A DNA stretch of 64,000 nucleotides. Origin: a virus. Under the pieces are notes generated by a model. The model was not told the DNA's origin and did not search any database. It saw only the letters and a program-made list of their open reading frames with translations. The first letter of the stretch is position 1, and each line of letters opens with the position of its first letter. The stretch is taken from positions 67,446-131,445 of the IMG/VR virus record IMGVR_UViG_3300007760_001422; one strand, 5' to 3'. Shown piece after piece: positions 9,535-20,700 of this stretch. The translations under genes were made by a program, and so were the position numbers.

Positions 9535-12500
9535 CTAATCCTTATTTGGTGGCGCTATTAATTTGGGTTCATCCTCACAATCATCATCCTTGGTGTCTTT
9601 GGCATCGGAGTCCGGGAATAGATCTTCTATGTAGTTGTCTATTGCATCTTCGATATCGTAATTTAATGCCAAATCAAGCGCCCACACCACTTGACCCAAT
9701 TGGGTCCAAGCGCCATTCGTGCCAAACCATGGTGCAGGGCCGCGTTTCCAATTGGGTTTCATGCCGTCGATGCATGCACCACGCTTTTCGCCATCAGGAC
9801 ACTCCCAGCCCTCAATCAATGTCGCAATGCCTTTTAATATTTCCCATGGGGTTGCCATAAATATCGCAGCAAGATTAGGAGGCATGCCGGGAATAATCGG
9901 TATCTCAAATCCCAATCCGTGTTTATCTTTTGCCGCATCGGACATATCTTTTGGATTTTGGGTTGTAACTTCATCGCGATATGTATACTCGTCACCAAAA
10001 GCATAATTCCTCAAGAGAGAAAATATTAAACTTTTTGTATTATCAAATTTTCCCACAAACGCGGCATGCGAATCAAAGTGAGATATAGAATGAAGCATCA
10101 TGGCTGCTGCTATTTTTCTAAGGGGGATGTGATCACTAAGTAATTTTGCTCTCAATGTATCTTGATCAACAAACATGGCATGCATCAAGGTATTTATGGG
10201 ATATTTTGCGTGGCAATAACCAGTCTTGGGATTGGTAAACGCCTCGAAGCCATAAGTATAGAAGTCGTTGAAATCTAAATCATGTATGGGTTGTTCTTCC
10301 GCATCTAACGGTATGGCATAGTGGATATTGCCAACGTTTGATTCATTAATATTATGATGTGCTTGTCTTGGAGTGGTCCATGTTGTGTTCTTGTTGAGAA
10401 ATTGATACATATGCATGGACAGCATTTCTTCATTCATCCAGAAGTCCACGGTACCGCCGCCACCGGTTACACGGCGCGCTTTAGAAAAGTTTTTCATTTC
10501 TTTTTCAAATTTTTCTGTTGAATTCCACATAAATTTCGTATAATATGATTTTTCAAGAAATGATATATCATTATCAACATATTGACCCCACAAGCTAGAT
10601 TCCCATTCATCAGTAGCAAGAAACCCTGATTTTGCGGAAGAGCGTAGTTCTGCAGGCTGATTTTGTTCCGGAAGGACATACACCAATCTCAAACCCCAAT
10701 CGCACGTGTTAAACAGATCAGTAAATTTAATTTTTGTTAACCAATCTTGTTTTATGTCATAAGTCCCCAAGTTTGTACCAGAACATAGGCCCCAGCCGCT
10801 ATCAACTTTAAGCTCGTTGTCGGGCACTGCAGAAAATATTTCGTGCAATTTCTGAACGCTTACCACGCCTCTATAATTTAAGCCCATCTTCTTCAGCACT
10901 TTAGTCTCCGCTATTTGGCTCCAAGCGGAGTCTCTGGGGTGGCCGCGGCGAGCCTGTTTAATAAGCTCCGCATTGGCGGTTAATTTTACTGGACCGGAAT
11001 TGGGCGCGGTCGGATCGGCGCCGGTAAGGCCGACAGGGTATTCTATGAAAGTATGCAGCAATGCCATCTGCCAAAAATCCTTTGAATGAGTCCACTCCAT
11101 GCTCGCGAACGAACCCCAAGCGTGATTTATCGCCTCTGGCGTGAATTGGCCGGGAGTTGGATTCCCGGGATAATCAATAGTTGTTTGCATCAATTCCTTA
11201 ATTGGTGCTTTTACCCCTTCAAGTCTCATATATTTTTCTAATATTAATTTTCCATTTCTCTTTTCTAATTCGCTGTATAGTTCATGGCCGCCGGGCATAT
11301 ATATATCCATCGCAGAGCCGGGTATTTCACCAATGGACTCATCAGCCGGGGTCCCGTTTCCTTCCGTAACCCAAAAGTGCATGGTGTCTTGTTCATAGCC
11401 GGTAAATATACCGCCATCGCCCACAATAGTCATGTATGGATTAAAATACATATAAGGTATATCATGCACTTTATATGATCTGTTGTGCATATAGTACGCC
11501 TGTTCAATCCCCCTAAAAACCCGGTGAGTTCCAAATGCCGTAGATAATTCGTCTTCAAGCGATTTAATCATGGCATATGTTTCTTCATTGGCTAGCTGGT
11601 GTATTGCTTCCATGGGCTCTGATGTCGTCTCAAAAACACCCCTTTCTCTATTTCGAAATTCCAATAACGATATGGCAGAATCACCAATCACTTCCATTAC
11701 CTCGTCAACCTCATGTAGCCCGTGAAAAGTATTACCTGCATTTTCAACAGATCTCCTAATCCATTCTGCAACAAAATCGGATACAATATCTTCTTTGAAA
11801 ATATCGTATGAACCAAATTCAGTTAAAAACGGCAAGCACTTAAAAAACGTTTCCGTGATCGCTGTTCGAATAATCGCCAGAGTGAGCCCTTCTAATACAA
11901 CCTGAACCACTGGATCGCGATCCCCTTTGGTTATCAGTTCTGATGTCTCTGGATCGCATGCATATTGGTTAAGTTTTTTGTACCGGTCACGCATCATATC
12001 CATAATCTGCTCTTCGTTTAAAAACGATGACTTTGGACCACAGCCATCGATTTCCTCTTGTCGGGTGGGGCCCGGTAAAAAGTCTAGTTTATTAAAATTT
12101 CTTGCAAGAAACAAAGGAGATTTTTGTATCAATTGACCAACCTCTCCAAACATGCAAAGGTTTAGTTTGGTATAAAAATCATTCTTGTCTTGGGCACCGC
12201 CCGGGAAGGAAGAATTGGGCCGGCCAAAAAACGAATCAATTATAGCTGTCGTTCCCTTGTCAATCCCGCCAACTTCCATCCATAAATTTTGGCCTAGGCG
12301 ATTGTCTATATACTCTCCAAAATCTTCTTGAAGCTTGTTCTTACCTATGTTATCTTTCTCGCTTATATTTTCATCATTATATTGATAGATGATCGATTCA
12401 TTTTCCACATCGGTCCATGGATTTTGCATAACGTAATGTGGGCTTGACACCCGTACGCCCCATGTTGGATTTTCCGTATTCGTATGTCTAAGTTGCACAG

Positions 12501-15500
12501 TGTCCCCAACATCATAATAAGTTTTTCCATTTGGGCTTTCCGCTGGAGGGAAAGAGCGTAAATTATATGTGTCTGCTTCTCCCAACATGGCCCTGTAGTC
12601 AGCGAGAAGATATTTTGAAGAGCGTACGGCTGCCATGGCAACTTCCTCGATGGTTTTGCCGCTTTTCATAGATGGCATATCGTCACCCTCTTCTGCTTGG
12701 CCTATTTTCCTAGTGGCCTTTCCCATACCTGATGCAACAACGCCGCCTGTTACAGACGGGCCAACAATGCTGCCTTGGGCAATTGATTTTTTTTGACCCT
12801 GAATACTTGAGTTATAAGACATGGATACTGCGCCCATTACTGATTCTAGAACCATGTCCAACATAAAATTCATTGGGGCCGGATTCGGCGGAAACAATTG
12901 ACAATTGTCTGGTATGTCAAGCGGCTTATTAGCAAGATCCTGTAGCTCTTTAATACGATCTCTCACCCTTTGTTTCTCTGGGCCTAAAATATCTTTTATC
13001 TCTTGTGGAGTTCCCTCTTTGAAAATTTGAGCTGTTTCTGCAGCTAAACACGCATCGTTAACAGCTTCTGGCGGAAAAGCTTGTATCTGTTCACATATTT
13101 CAGTTTGCAGATATTTTGCAAATTCGCCAAAGAAATCATTAATTTTTTGCTTACTATAAAAATATGGCTCAAACTGCGGATATTGAGCAATGATTATATT
13201 TTTAATCATTTTAAGTGTCGCCGGTGAGGCCTCCCCTTGTAACAATTCACACAATTCTATAGGGCTTGTTGCAACAGCTATATCTTCCACCATATCTTGT
13301 ACGGGCTCAATTCCGTGATCTTGAAATATTTGTGCCACTATTGGTTCACATTGGGGCCCGAGGGCCTCACACAAAGTTATATCTGGAAGTGCTTGATTTG
13401 CAAGATCGTTTTGTAGTTCCTTACACGCAAATAACAGGGCCTCCAATAGAGCCCTTATCGCTTCTGCAATTAGCTTGGTTATAATTTGCTTAAGCAATTG
13501 TTCCGCTCTCATAATTATATAGCCCATAATATCGCTCACTGAAAAGCTGGAGAATAAATCAAATTTTAAGCTAATGCTTCCGGAAAGCAAGAATTTGAGC
13601 ATCCCCAAAAGAGCCATTATAGTGTCTTTTGCGACTTTAAATTTTTTAATCAAGTGTCGACATAGCTCATCTTTTTGTACATCGGTTAATCCATCAATGG
13701 CATTCAGCAGCTGCAGCTTTGCCTTTTTGCTAGAACCCATGGAAATACGAGGAACGCTCATTGCAGCTGCATTTTGTTTTATGACGGCATCGCCCGCTAC
13801 GATTTCAAGTTCTGTGAGGGTGCCAACTGCGTCATCTAAAGCTTGTTCAATCGGCTCACCATCTTCAGTATAATTATAATCTTCACCAACTGGTCCGAAG
13901 GCGCCCTCTACATCAACGCCTATCTTATCCGCTTCTACCGCCCAGCTTTCAAGTTCGGAATTCCATTGTGAGGTCTTTACTGCCGCTAGTACTTCTTTTC
14001 TGAAGGAGTAATTGTTGATCAGATCAGTTTGTGAATCTGTTCGCATTTTGGCGCGTGATGCCTCAGCTTTGGCTCTGGCTGCTTTTGCATATGCAGTTTG
14101 CGTTTTTTTATGAATCTGTTCTAGCTCTGACACGCCGCCGGCGAGTGCATTTGCATTTGCCAATATACTGCCCATCAGGCCGCCGGCACCGGACGCTGCA
14201 TCCAAGGAATTCATGAATATGGCGAGGCTTTGACCGCCATCTGTTTTTTCCAACTCGTCTAGCACCGCCTCACAAGCCAGCCTCAATATCTCATCCCAAG
14301 AGAGAGCAAGGCCTAGGCATCTCAATAATTCATTTACAATCCCTGCTAAATCATATTTGTGTAAAAATTGCTGAAAAACGTCATCTAGGCCACTCATTGT
14401 GTCTAAAATGTTTTCTATGTCTTTAATATACCCAAGCGTATCTTTTCGGCCGCGGGCCCTTTTTGCGAGGCCTCTTTTAAATTCTTTTTTTCTTATTACT
14501 ACGTCTTCTTCGGCTTTTTGAGATTCTGTTTTTTCTGATTTAGAATCCATCTGCTTGATTAATTCATCCAGTTTACTGGTGTCTGTTTCTTTATGTGGTG
14601 CCTCTTTTGTTCGAAGGGAAATACGGACGCGGGGGACAGTTTTAATAAATAAAGCAACAAATGTTTGCCAAGATGTATCTTGAATTGCTGATTGGGTCGC
14701 AAAAAATCTTAAAATCATAAAATATGAATCTTTTATAAGCGCATTGGCTGTTCTGTCTTCGAATATATCACCCAAGCAGGATTCTCCTATCCTAAGTGCC
14801 ACAACTTCACTTCCTGATATTTCACCCTTGGTTGTCATTCTCTCAAAAGACATATATTCGGTGGTTGCAGCATCTTTAATCATTTGCATGCGCACCTCGG
14901 AAGCTATAGGATCCAGATCATCACTTTCTTGGTTAATGGCTATATATTGCACTGTGTAGTTTTCGCGAAATCCAATTTCAATTAAATCATCTTTGTTTGC
15001 CCTCCACTCAAGACCATTTATTTTTAAATGATTCTTTAATTTGGCCTTGAATGCTTTCATATTTTTTACCTCGACATTCAAGTCAACAGGTGGTTTTAAT
15101 ACAACTTCCTTCTGTTCCTCTATTAATCCTTGGTAATAGCCCATTATCACTTGTAGCGCACCCACAATAACATCATATGTCTTAGTGTTAACAACACATG
15201 TATATTTTGCCCTAGGGAGTTCAGGCATTGGAGGTGCGGGTGGTGCAAATTTTTGCCAGCCCTCATGGGGTACCCTGATCAAAAGCCCTGCTAGCACAAG
15301 ATTTTTATCATAATACCAATATTTTCTATTATTAAGATTTTTAATAATCTTCTTAAATTGTTCTTCGTTTTTTAAATAGGACTGATACATATTCAGATCT
15401 CTATCATAATAACTGTATAGAAGATATAAGCCCTTGGCTGCAAAATATGTTAATAGCTGATTACCATCAATTTCTTCCAGTTCATGTTCTTTTTCTAGAG

Positions 15501-16539
15501 CAAACCAGTCCATCAATCCATCTGGATCATTCGTACTAACATGTATACATATGTCGTTAGTTTTTGGATCTATGTATGGCTCGCACTCCGTTTTATTAAC
15601 CCATGGCGGCAAAATTGTATTTTTTAAACCCGGTGGTTGAGGGGGCGGCTCTATGTCCTTTTCCTCTTCTTTTTTACATTTAATTCCAGCAACGTTGCCG
15701 GATTTCCCGACCATTTCAACCACGCAGCCCTTGTAATCACCTTGCCACTTTTCCTGAACTGCCTTCCATTCTTCTCCCGCATACCCCTCGAACCCGGGGC
15801 GCTCACTAGCCCAATCTATCACTGCGGCAGATGCCATTAGGTGCAACCATTCTTCATACTGGGCGCCGGTCATTTTTTCGCCCTTCATATAGCCGCTTTT
15901 GATTTTGCCTTTTATTTTGTCATACGGGGCATCCTTGGCGGCGATGTCATATTCTGCGTTATAGATCTGACTGGCTTCATCCAGATCGAATCCGATGTCA
16001 GGCCATGGAATGGGATCCGGAAGCAGGATGTGATTTAAATATTTTACCTTTAATGATTCTACGTAGGCAGCTGCCTCTTTCCACTTATCTTCTGAAAATG
16101 GGGGGCCGAAAACTTTTTGTTCCTCAAATTTTGTAGTATAATTTTTTGTTGTGTCTTTGGCAACAGTGATCAGGGTTTTAATTGGAGGCTTTTTGCCATC
16201 ACCTGTAGGCTCTTTAAGAAACTCAACTTCGATTACATATTTCTGTAAATCGGAGACAAGTCCAGCTTTTAATTTGAGCAAATACTCCGCCGGCGTTGGC
16301 CTGTTTTTTACTGGGATTTCTAGCCATTCTTCTACTTTGTCATGGAAAAACAAAGAGCCCTTATTGTTGTATGTAGTCTTGTTTATACCGGCAAACGGTT
16401 CTGGCTTTTGCACGATGTCATCGTGGAGTTTGCGCAAGGCACTATTTCCAGCCATGCCGGGTGAAATTAGGTCGTGAAGGCCGGGGTTGTCTTTAACCGG
16501 CCATTTTTTACCTTTTCTATCTGTATAGACTAAAGCCAT
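9535..16539 (-). CDS. Giant hypothetical protein (2334 aa), probably virion/baseplate associated
   Basis: Long uninterrupted ORF between the gp25-like and spike genes, GGAG SD, largely helical and acidic with scattered Cys. No recognisable catalytic motif. Confidence 0.8.
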   Translation of the reverse strand: MALVYTDRKGKKWPVKDNPGLHDLISPGMAGNSALRKLHDDIVQKPEPFAGINKTTYNNKGSLFFHDKVEEWLEIPVKNRPTPAEYLLKLKAGLVSDLQKYVIEVEFLKEPTGDGKKPPIKTLITVAKDTTKNYTTKFEEQKVFGPPFSEDKWKEAAAYVESLKVKYLNHILLPDPIPWPDIGFDLDEASQIYNAEYDIAAKDAPYDKIKGKIKSGYMKGEKMTGAQYEEWLHLMASAAVIDWASERPGFEGYAGEEWKAVQEKWQGDYKGCVVEMVGKSGNVAGIKCKKEEEKDIEPPPQPPGLKNTILPPWVNKTECEPYIDPKTNDICIHVSTNDPDGLMDWFALEKEHELEEIDGNQLLTYFAAKGLYLLYSYYDRDLNMYQSYLKNEEQFKKIIKNLNNRKYWYYDKNLVLAGLLIRVPHEGWQKFAPPAPPMPELPRAKYTCVVNTKTYDVIVGALQVIMGYYQGLIEEQKEVVLKPPVDLNVEVKNMKAFKAKLKNHLKINGLEWRANKDDLIEIGFRENYTVQYIAINQESDDLDPIASEVRMQMIKDAATTEYMSFERMTTKGEISGSEVVALRIGESCLGDIFEDRTANALIKDSYFMILRFFATQSAIQDTSWQTFVALFIKTVPRVRISLRTKEAPHKETDTSKLDELIKQMDSKSEKTESQKAEEDVVIRKKEFKRGLAKRARGRKDTLGYIKDIENILDTMSGLDDVFQQFLHKYDLAGIVNELLRCLGLALSWDEILRLACEAVLDELEKTDGGQSLAIFMNSLDAASGAGGLMGSILANANALAGGVSELEQIHKKTQTAYAKAARAKAEASRAKMRTDSQTDLINNYSFRKEVLAAVKTSQWNSELESWAVEADKIGVDVEGAFGPVGEDYNYTEDGEPIEQALDDAVGTLTELEIVAGDAVIKQNAAAMSVPRISMGSSKKAKLQLLNAIDGLTDVQKDELCRHLIKKFKVAKDTIMALLGMLKFLLSGSISLKFDLFSSFSVSDIMGYIIMRAEQLLKQIITKLIAEAIRALLEALLFACKELQNDLANQALPDITLCEALGPQCEPIVAQIFQDHGIEPVQDMVEDIAVATSPIELCELLQGEASPATLKMIKNIIIAQYPQFEPYFYSKQKINDFFGEFAKYLQTEICEQIQAFPPEAVNDACLAAETAQIFKEGTPQEIKDILGPEKQRVRDRIKELQDLANKPLDIPDNCQLFPPNPAPMNFMLDMVLESVMGAVSMSYNSSIQGQKKSIAQGSIVGPSVTGGVVASGMGKATRKIGQAEEGDDMPSMKSGKTIEEVAMAAVRSSKYLLADYRAMLGEADTYNLRSFPPAESPNGKTYYDVGDTVQLRHTNTENPTWGVRVSSPHYVMQNPWTDVENESIIYQYNDENISEKDNIGKNKLQEDFGEYIDNRLGQNLWMEVGGIDKGTTAIIDSFFGRPNSSFPGGAQDKNDFYTKLNLCMFGEVGQLIQKSPLFLARNFNKLDFLPGPTRQEEIDGCGPKSSFLNEEQIMDMMRDRYKKLNQYACDPETSELITKGDRDPVVQVVLEGLTLAIIRTAITETFFKCLPFLTEFGSYDIFKEDIVSDFVAEWIRRSVENAGNTFHGLHEVDEVMEVIGDSAISLLEFRNRERGVFETTSEPMEAIHQLANEETYAMIKSLEDELSTAFGTHRVFRGIEQAYYMHNRSYKVHDIPYMYFNPYMTIVGDGGIFTGYEQDTMHFWVTEGNGTPADESIGEIPGSAMDIYMPGGHELYSELEKRNGKLILEKYMRLEGVKAPIKELMQTTIDYPGNPTPGQFTPEAINHAWGSFASMEWTHSKDFWQMALLHTFIEYPVGLTGADPTAPNSGPVKLTANAELIKQARRGHPRDSAWSQIAETKVLKKMGLNYRGVVSVQKLHEIFSAVPDNELKVDSGWGLCSGTNLGTYDIKQDWLTKIKFTDLFNTCDWGLRLVYVLPEQNQPAELRSSAKSGFLATDEWESSLWGQYVDNDISFLEKSYYTKFMWNSTEKFEKEMKNFSKARRVTGGGGTVDFWMNEEMLSMHMYQFLNKNTTWTTPRQAHHNINESNVGNIHYAIPLDAEEQPIHDLDFNDFYTYGFEAFTNPKTGYCHAKYPINTLMHAMFVDQDTLRAKLLSDHIPLRKIAAAMMLHSISHFDSHAAFVGKFDNTKSLIFSLLRNYAFGDEYTYRDEVTTQNPKDMSDAAKDKHGLGFEIPIIPGMPPNLAAIFMATPWEILKGIATLIEGWECPDGEKRGACIDGMKPNWKRGPAPWFGTNGAWTQLGQVVWALDLALNYDIEDAIDNYIEDLFPDSDAKDTKDDDCEDEPKLIAPPNKD

Positions 16540-16547
16540 TATTGCTC

Positions 16548-17702
16548 CTAATTTGTATTATTGTGTTCACTGTTAAAATAACCATCTCCCCACGCCTCAC
16601 AATAGTTGTTTTTCCAACCCAGCAAACCACCGGGTTTTGGCGATAATGAGGTGGGTTTGGGCATGCCCCTTAATACGAGAAGGTCTTTTTGTGTTTTTGT
16701 AAAATGATCTTTCATTGTCTGAACTCCAGAGATTACACATTCCATGCTTAAAGTTACCGGAATGGCAAAAAACGGAGAAAAGTGCCAATGCTTTGCTACG
16801 TTCAAATTATACTTCATTTGGTAAAGGAAGCCGTCATGGACGACGCCGGCGAGCTTATCAATCAAGTTGGCTAGCTCTATTAGTGCTTTAGATAAATCAT
16901 CACCCTTTGGGATTGGCTGCAGGCCTTCAGTCTTATTACCGGCAATAAGATCAATGCCTCCCCCGGACAGAATTTCTGTGTCACCATTTTGTGAATTTTT
17001 TGCATCAACGGGGCCATAACCACCGTCTCCGCCGGCCGTAGTGATAATTTTTATTCCCTCTCTTCCTATGAGTCGAATTTGATCCGCTTTAATTCCAATC
17101 GCTGATCTTGGATAAGTGTTACCAACAAAGCCAGACGTTAACTTAAAGTTTTCATCTATTTTGGTTTTCTGGCTTATATATATTCGGGCTGCGTCCTTTT
17201 CGAAATCAGGATCTGCATAAACGCGCTCGCCCTCTTCATTCACCCTCTGGGCGCTAGCGCCTTGCATGCCGACCACTATGTCAATGGCCGCGGCTTGGGT
17301 GTCTCCATCACCGCCATAACCAGAGGCGCGGCTTCTGGGACGATCACGGCCAAGGACTATAAAAGTATTAGTCTGTTGACCGCCTTGACCAGTAATTACT
17401 TTCTCGTTTGGTGCGTCTATACGCTTGGGCATTGGTTCGGGCATTACATTGCCCGCAACACCGGGTTCATACTGCTCTTTGTGTAGCTCTTTCATCAGCC
17501 TGTCTCTTCCGAGATCTACGGCCTTTTTGTTGATCTGCACTCTAGTGTCTTTTAACAGATCATCGAAAAAGCCCTCGCCGGAGCCTATTGTGTTGGCTAG
17601 TTTGGCATCTTCAATATCCGATTTGATCCTAGCTGCAACCTTTTTTATCTCTGCTAATCCTGTTACTTGCTGCAGATAATTTTCTTCTATTTCGTCGACC
17701 AT
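16548..17702 (-). CDS. Baseplate central spike-like protein (gp5 C-terminal / gpV-like) with HxH tip motif
   Basis: Short beta-strand repeats (IVLGRD, IDIVVG, ARIYISQKT, IGIKADQIRLIGREGIKII) followed by KHWH near the C-terminus; baseplate context. Confidence 0.6.
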   Translation of the reverse strand: MVDEIEENYLQQVTGLAEIKKVAARIKSDIEDAKLANTIGSGEGFFDDLLKDTRVQINKKAVDLGRDRLMKELHKEQYEPGVAGNVMPEPMPKRIDAPNEKVITGQGGQQTNTFIVLGRDRPRSRASGYGGDGDTQAAAIDIVVGMQGASAQRVNEEGERVYADPDFEKDAARIYISQKTKIDENFKLTSGFVGNTYPRSAIGIKADQIRLIGREGIKIITTAGGDGGYGPVDAKNSQNGDTEILSGGGIDLIAGNKTEGLQPIPKGDDLSKALIELANLIDKLAGVVHDGFLYQMKYNLNVAKHWHFSPFFAIPVTLSMECVISGVQTMKDHFTKTQKDLLVLRGMPKPTSLSPKPGGLLGWKNNYCEAWGDGYFNSEHNNTN

Positions 17703-17723
17703 GTTTCCCCTAATGTATTATTA

Positions 17724-20700
17724 CTATTTAGCATTTGGATGCAGTTTTGCTGCAGAAGCCCCGACATGACCTCTCACCAATGTCCACTCATTCCAATATG
17801 GCTTTGCCATCCTAGGACTAGCTAATCCTTTTTGAACTGCCTGTGCGGGAGGATACATCAGTGTATATGGAACTTTGCTATTCTCCACCTTTCTTTGGCC
17901 ACAACAATTCATTGAGTTTGCCTTTCCTTTTTTATTCCAACATTTTCTGGATCCTTTCTTCGGGCACTTATAACCAAACATCGCTATAGCTCGATCTCTT
18001 TTGATGGAATTATATTTCCAGCCGCCGCGTGGGCTCTTGGGCCTGTTAGCATTCCCAGCCCTCACCCAGCCTTTCCACCTGCCGAAGTAATTTGCCATAA
18101 ATGCTCGTGGGTGACAACCGCACCTAATTCTAACACATGGTTGTCGTTTTTTACTGCCGCAATTACCCATCGCGTAATTAAGATCTGGAAAACCAATCCA
18201 ACAGCCATCGGGAACTAGGTTACCGGCAGCGTCTTTTACATGGAGTAGAAATGCTGCGCATTTGCAGTCGCGGGCCTTAATTCTTCTTCTTGTGTATTTC
18301 TTGCCATTTTTTCTATAGTGTTTGGGCCATTTGCCGCCATATTTGGCGCAGCGTTTACACTTCCCGCCCTTGCTGCCCCATTTGCCGCCTCCTACATAGA
18401 GCCCTTTTTTCATGTTGGCGGCGTGGCCTAGGTTCTGTGCGTAATTTAGTTTGTGCCTATATCGACAAAGCACGTTTCTGCAGCCTCCTCCGCCTTGCTG
18501 GTGGAACAGATACATGATCAGTGGAGTGAAGGCGTGACCTTTACCAATAAGGCGCTGAGCCAAGCGAATCTTTTTGCACATTGTATGGGCCGTACGAAAA
18601 GCCTGCACATAAGGATTTAAAGCATGTTTTATATCTCTGATAAATAGAACAGAGTGATGTGGGGAGGATGGTGCCCCTTTATATTTTCTATAGCCCACCC
18701 ATGATCGATTATTAAATTGCCATAAACCACTATAACCACCAGCATTAATACAATTAACTGTTCCATGAGATTCTATATAGGCCATGGTTTTAACATGAGC
18801 AACAAACTCTTCATATGGATAGGGATAGTGTTTTTCGTAAAATTTGCACGCCTTGGCAATGGCATCTTCGGCGGCAGGGACATACGTTTTCCGTCTTGTT
18901 CCCGCGGGATATTTAAACCCACTACCTAGATTGCCATAATCAACAAATCCGGTGCTGCCGGGGTGGCACGGATCATCAACTGGTGCAATCGGTGGTGTGG
19001 CTGCTTTAATCTTTTCTTCTATCTCTTTAATCCTTTTTGTCCACTTTTTCTTTGCCGTTGATAAAAGCTTTGCTTTTGCCTTGGCGGCATCCGCTGTCAT
19101 TGCACCTTCCGAGTCGGGTGGCCATGGTTTATCCGGTGGCGCCGCGGAAGGTATTCCGGAGGCCTGTGTAGATAAGAAAAGATTAGTTATGGTTTTATCA
19201 TCTGGAGGGTGTCCTTTTTTAAGCGGCCAACCATACTTTTTTATCTCTTTGTCAACCATTCCAAGCTGTTCTTGCGCTTGTGCTAAAGTGTCTTCTAGTT
19301 TTTTCATAGCCTTATCGGCTTTTTCTTTTTCTTTTGCGGCTTTCTCGGCAGCGGCTTTGTCTGCCGCGGTCTTTTCCTCCTGCGATAACTTGGCGCCCTT
19401 GTTTTTGATCCACTCCAAATGTTTTGGTTGTTTCTCTACCGTTTCAAAAAATAAACGAATTTTTTCTGCTTTTTCGGCTTCCGCTTTCTTCTCTGGTTGT
19501 TTTTGGACCAACTCTAGAAGCGCAGCTTTGAGTTTTTCATATTTTGCCTTCTGTGCAGCTACATCTTTCACAGAGACTCCGGCACCGAAGATATTGGTCA
19601 TAGCAGCCTTGTGTACCAAGGCTATTTCATGAACTATGTAATTTGGCCACGCGATTGAATCGTTGGTGGGTTTTTTCTTATCATTTTTTGTAAAATTCAT
19701 CATTGACTCGGTTTTTAAAAGTTCCAATGCAGGGGTACCACCCAGCCCAGCGGGTTGCTGCTGGCCCAAAACACCTTTAGGCGGCGTATCAAATATCGAA
19801 CCATATGTATCTGTAATTTTCTTATCAAGGAATTCTGTTGACCATATGGCTTCAATCAAGCCACTAACTTTGTTAAATTCTTCTATGTATGTTAGTAGGG
19901 CTGCATTAACTTGCAAATTTGCAGGGTTTTCCACTTTGGGTGGAGGCAACTTTTGTGGCTTGAGGGACTTTACTCCACCTGCTTGCTTTGGCAGTGTTGA
20001 TGTGCCTTGTTTTATTTTTCCGAGCATAAGGCGCGCAATGTTGTCGACCAAAATTTTGGCTGCCCACAAAGGGGCATGGGTTCCATCATAGGCAGTCTTG
20101 CTGGCAGTTGGATATCCCTTCATCAATTCAAACGGCTCAACGTAATAAACATTTTGACTAGCCATAGACACTAGATTTTTTCTAATAGACTTATTTCTGG
20201 CGCGGCGGCTGCCATTTTTATACCACGGTGATTTTGGATTAATTAAGACGCTCATTTTGTCCCAGCCGGCGTCCGGGTTCTTCTTTAGATATCTTAAAAT
20301 TCTTTTGGATCTGCTCGGATAAGATCTTGCATATCCGCCCTTCCATAAGCCAACTCTAACACACGGCGGACAGCCAGAAAAGATTATTGTGGCTGATGGG
20401 CATAATCTTTTTATTTTGGTGCATAAAAGAGCAGCGTGTTTGCCGGCCAAGGACGCTTTTGGGCCGTTGCCGCCAAGGGTTATCATAACAAGGCCAACAT
20501 TTCTAGTCAAGTGTTTTTTGATCATTGTCCAGCCATGACCTGTTGCGAAGAATGTAACGTCCTTGCCTCCCCAACATGTTACACCGCGTTGAATTTGTTC
20601 TTGCAGCGATTGCTTCGCTGCTTCCGCTTTCCCAACCTTTTTCTTTAATTTTTTGTAAGTCTGCCTATATCTAGAGCCTTTTCTTACTACATTGGTATAC

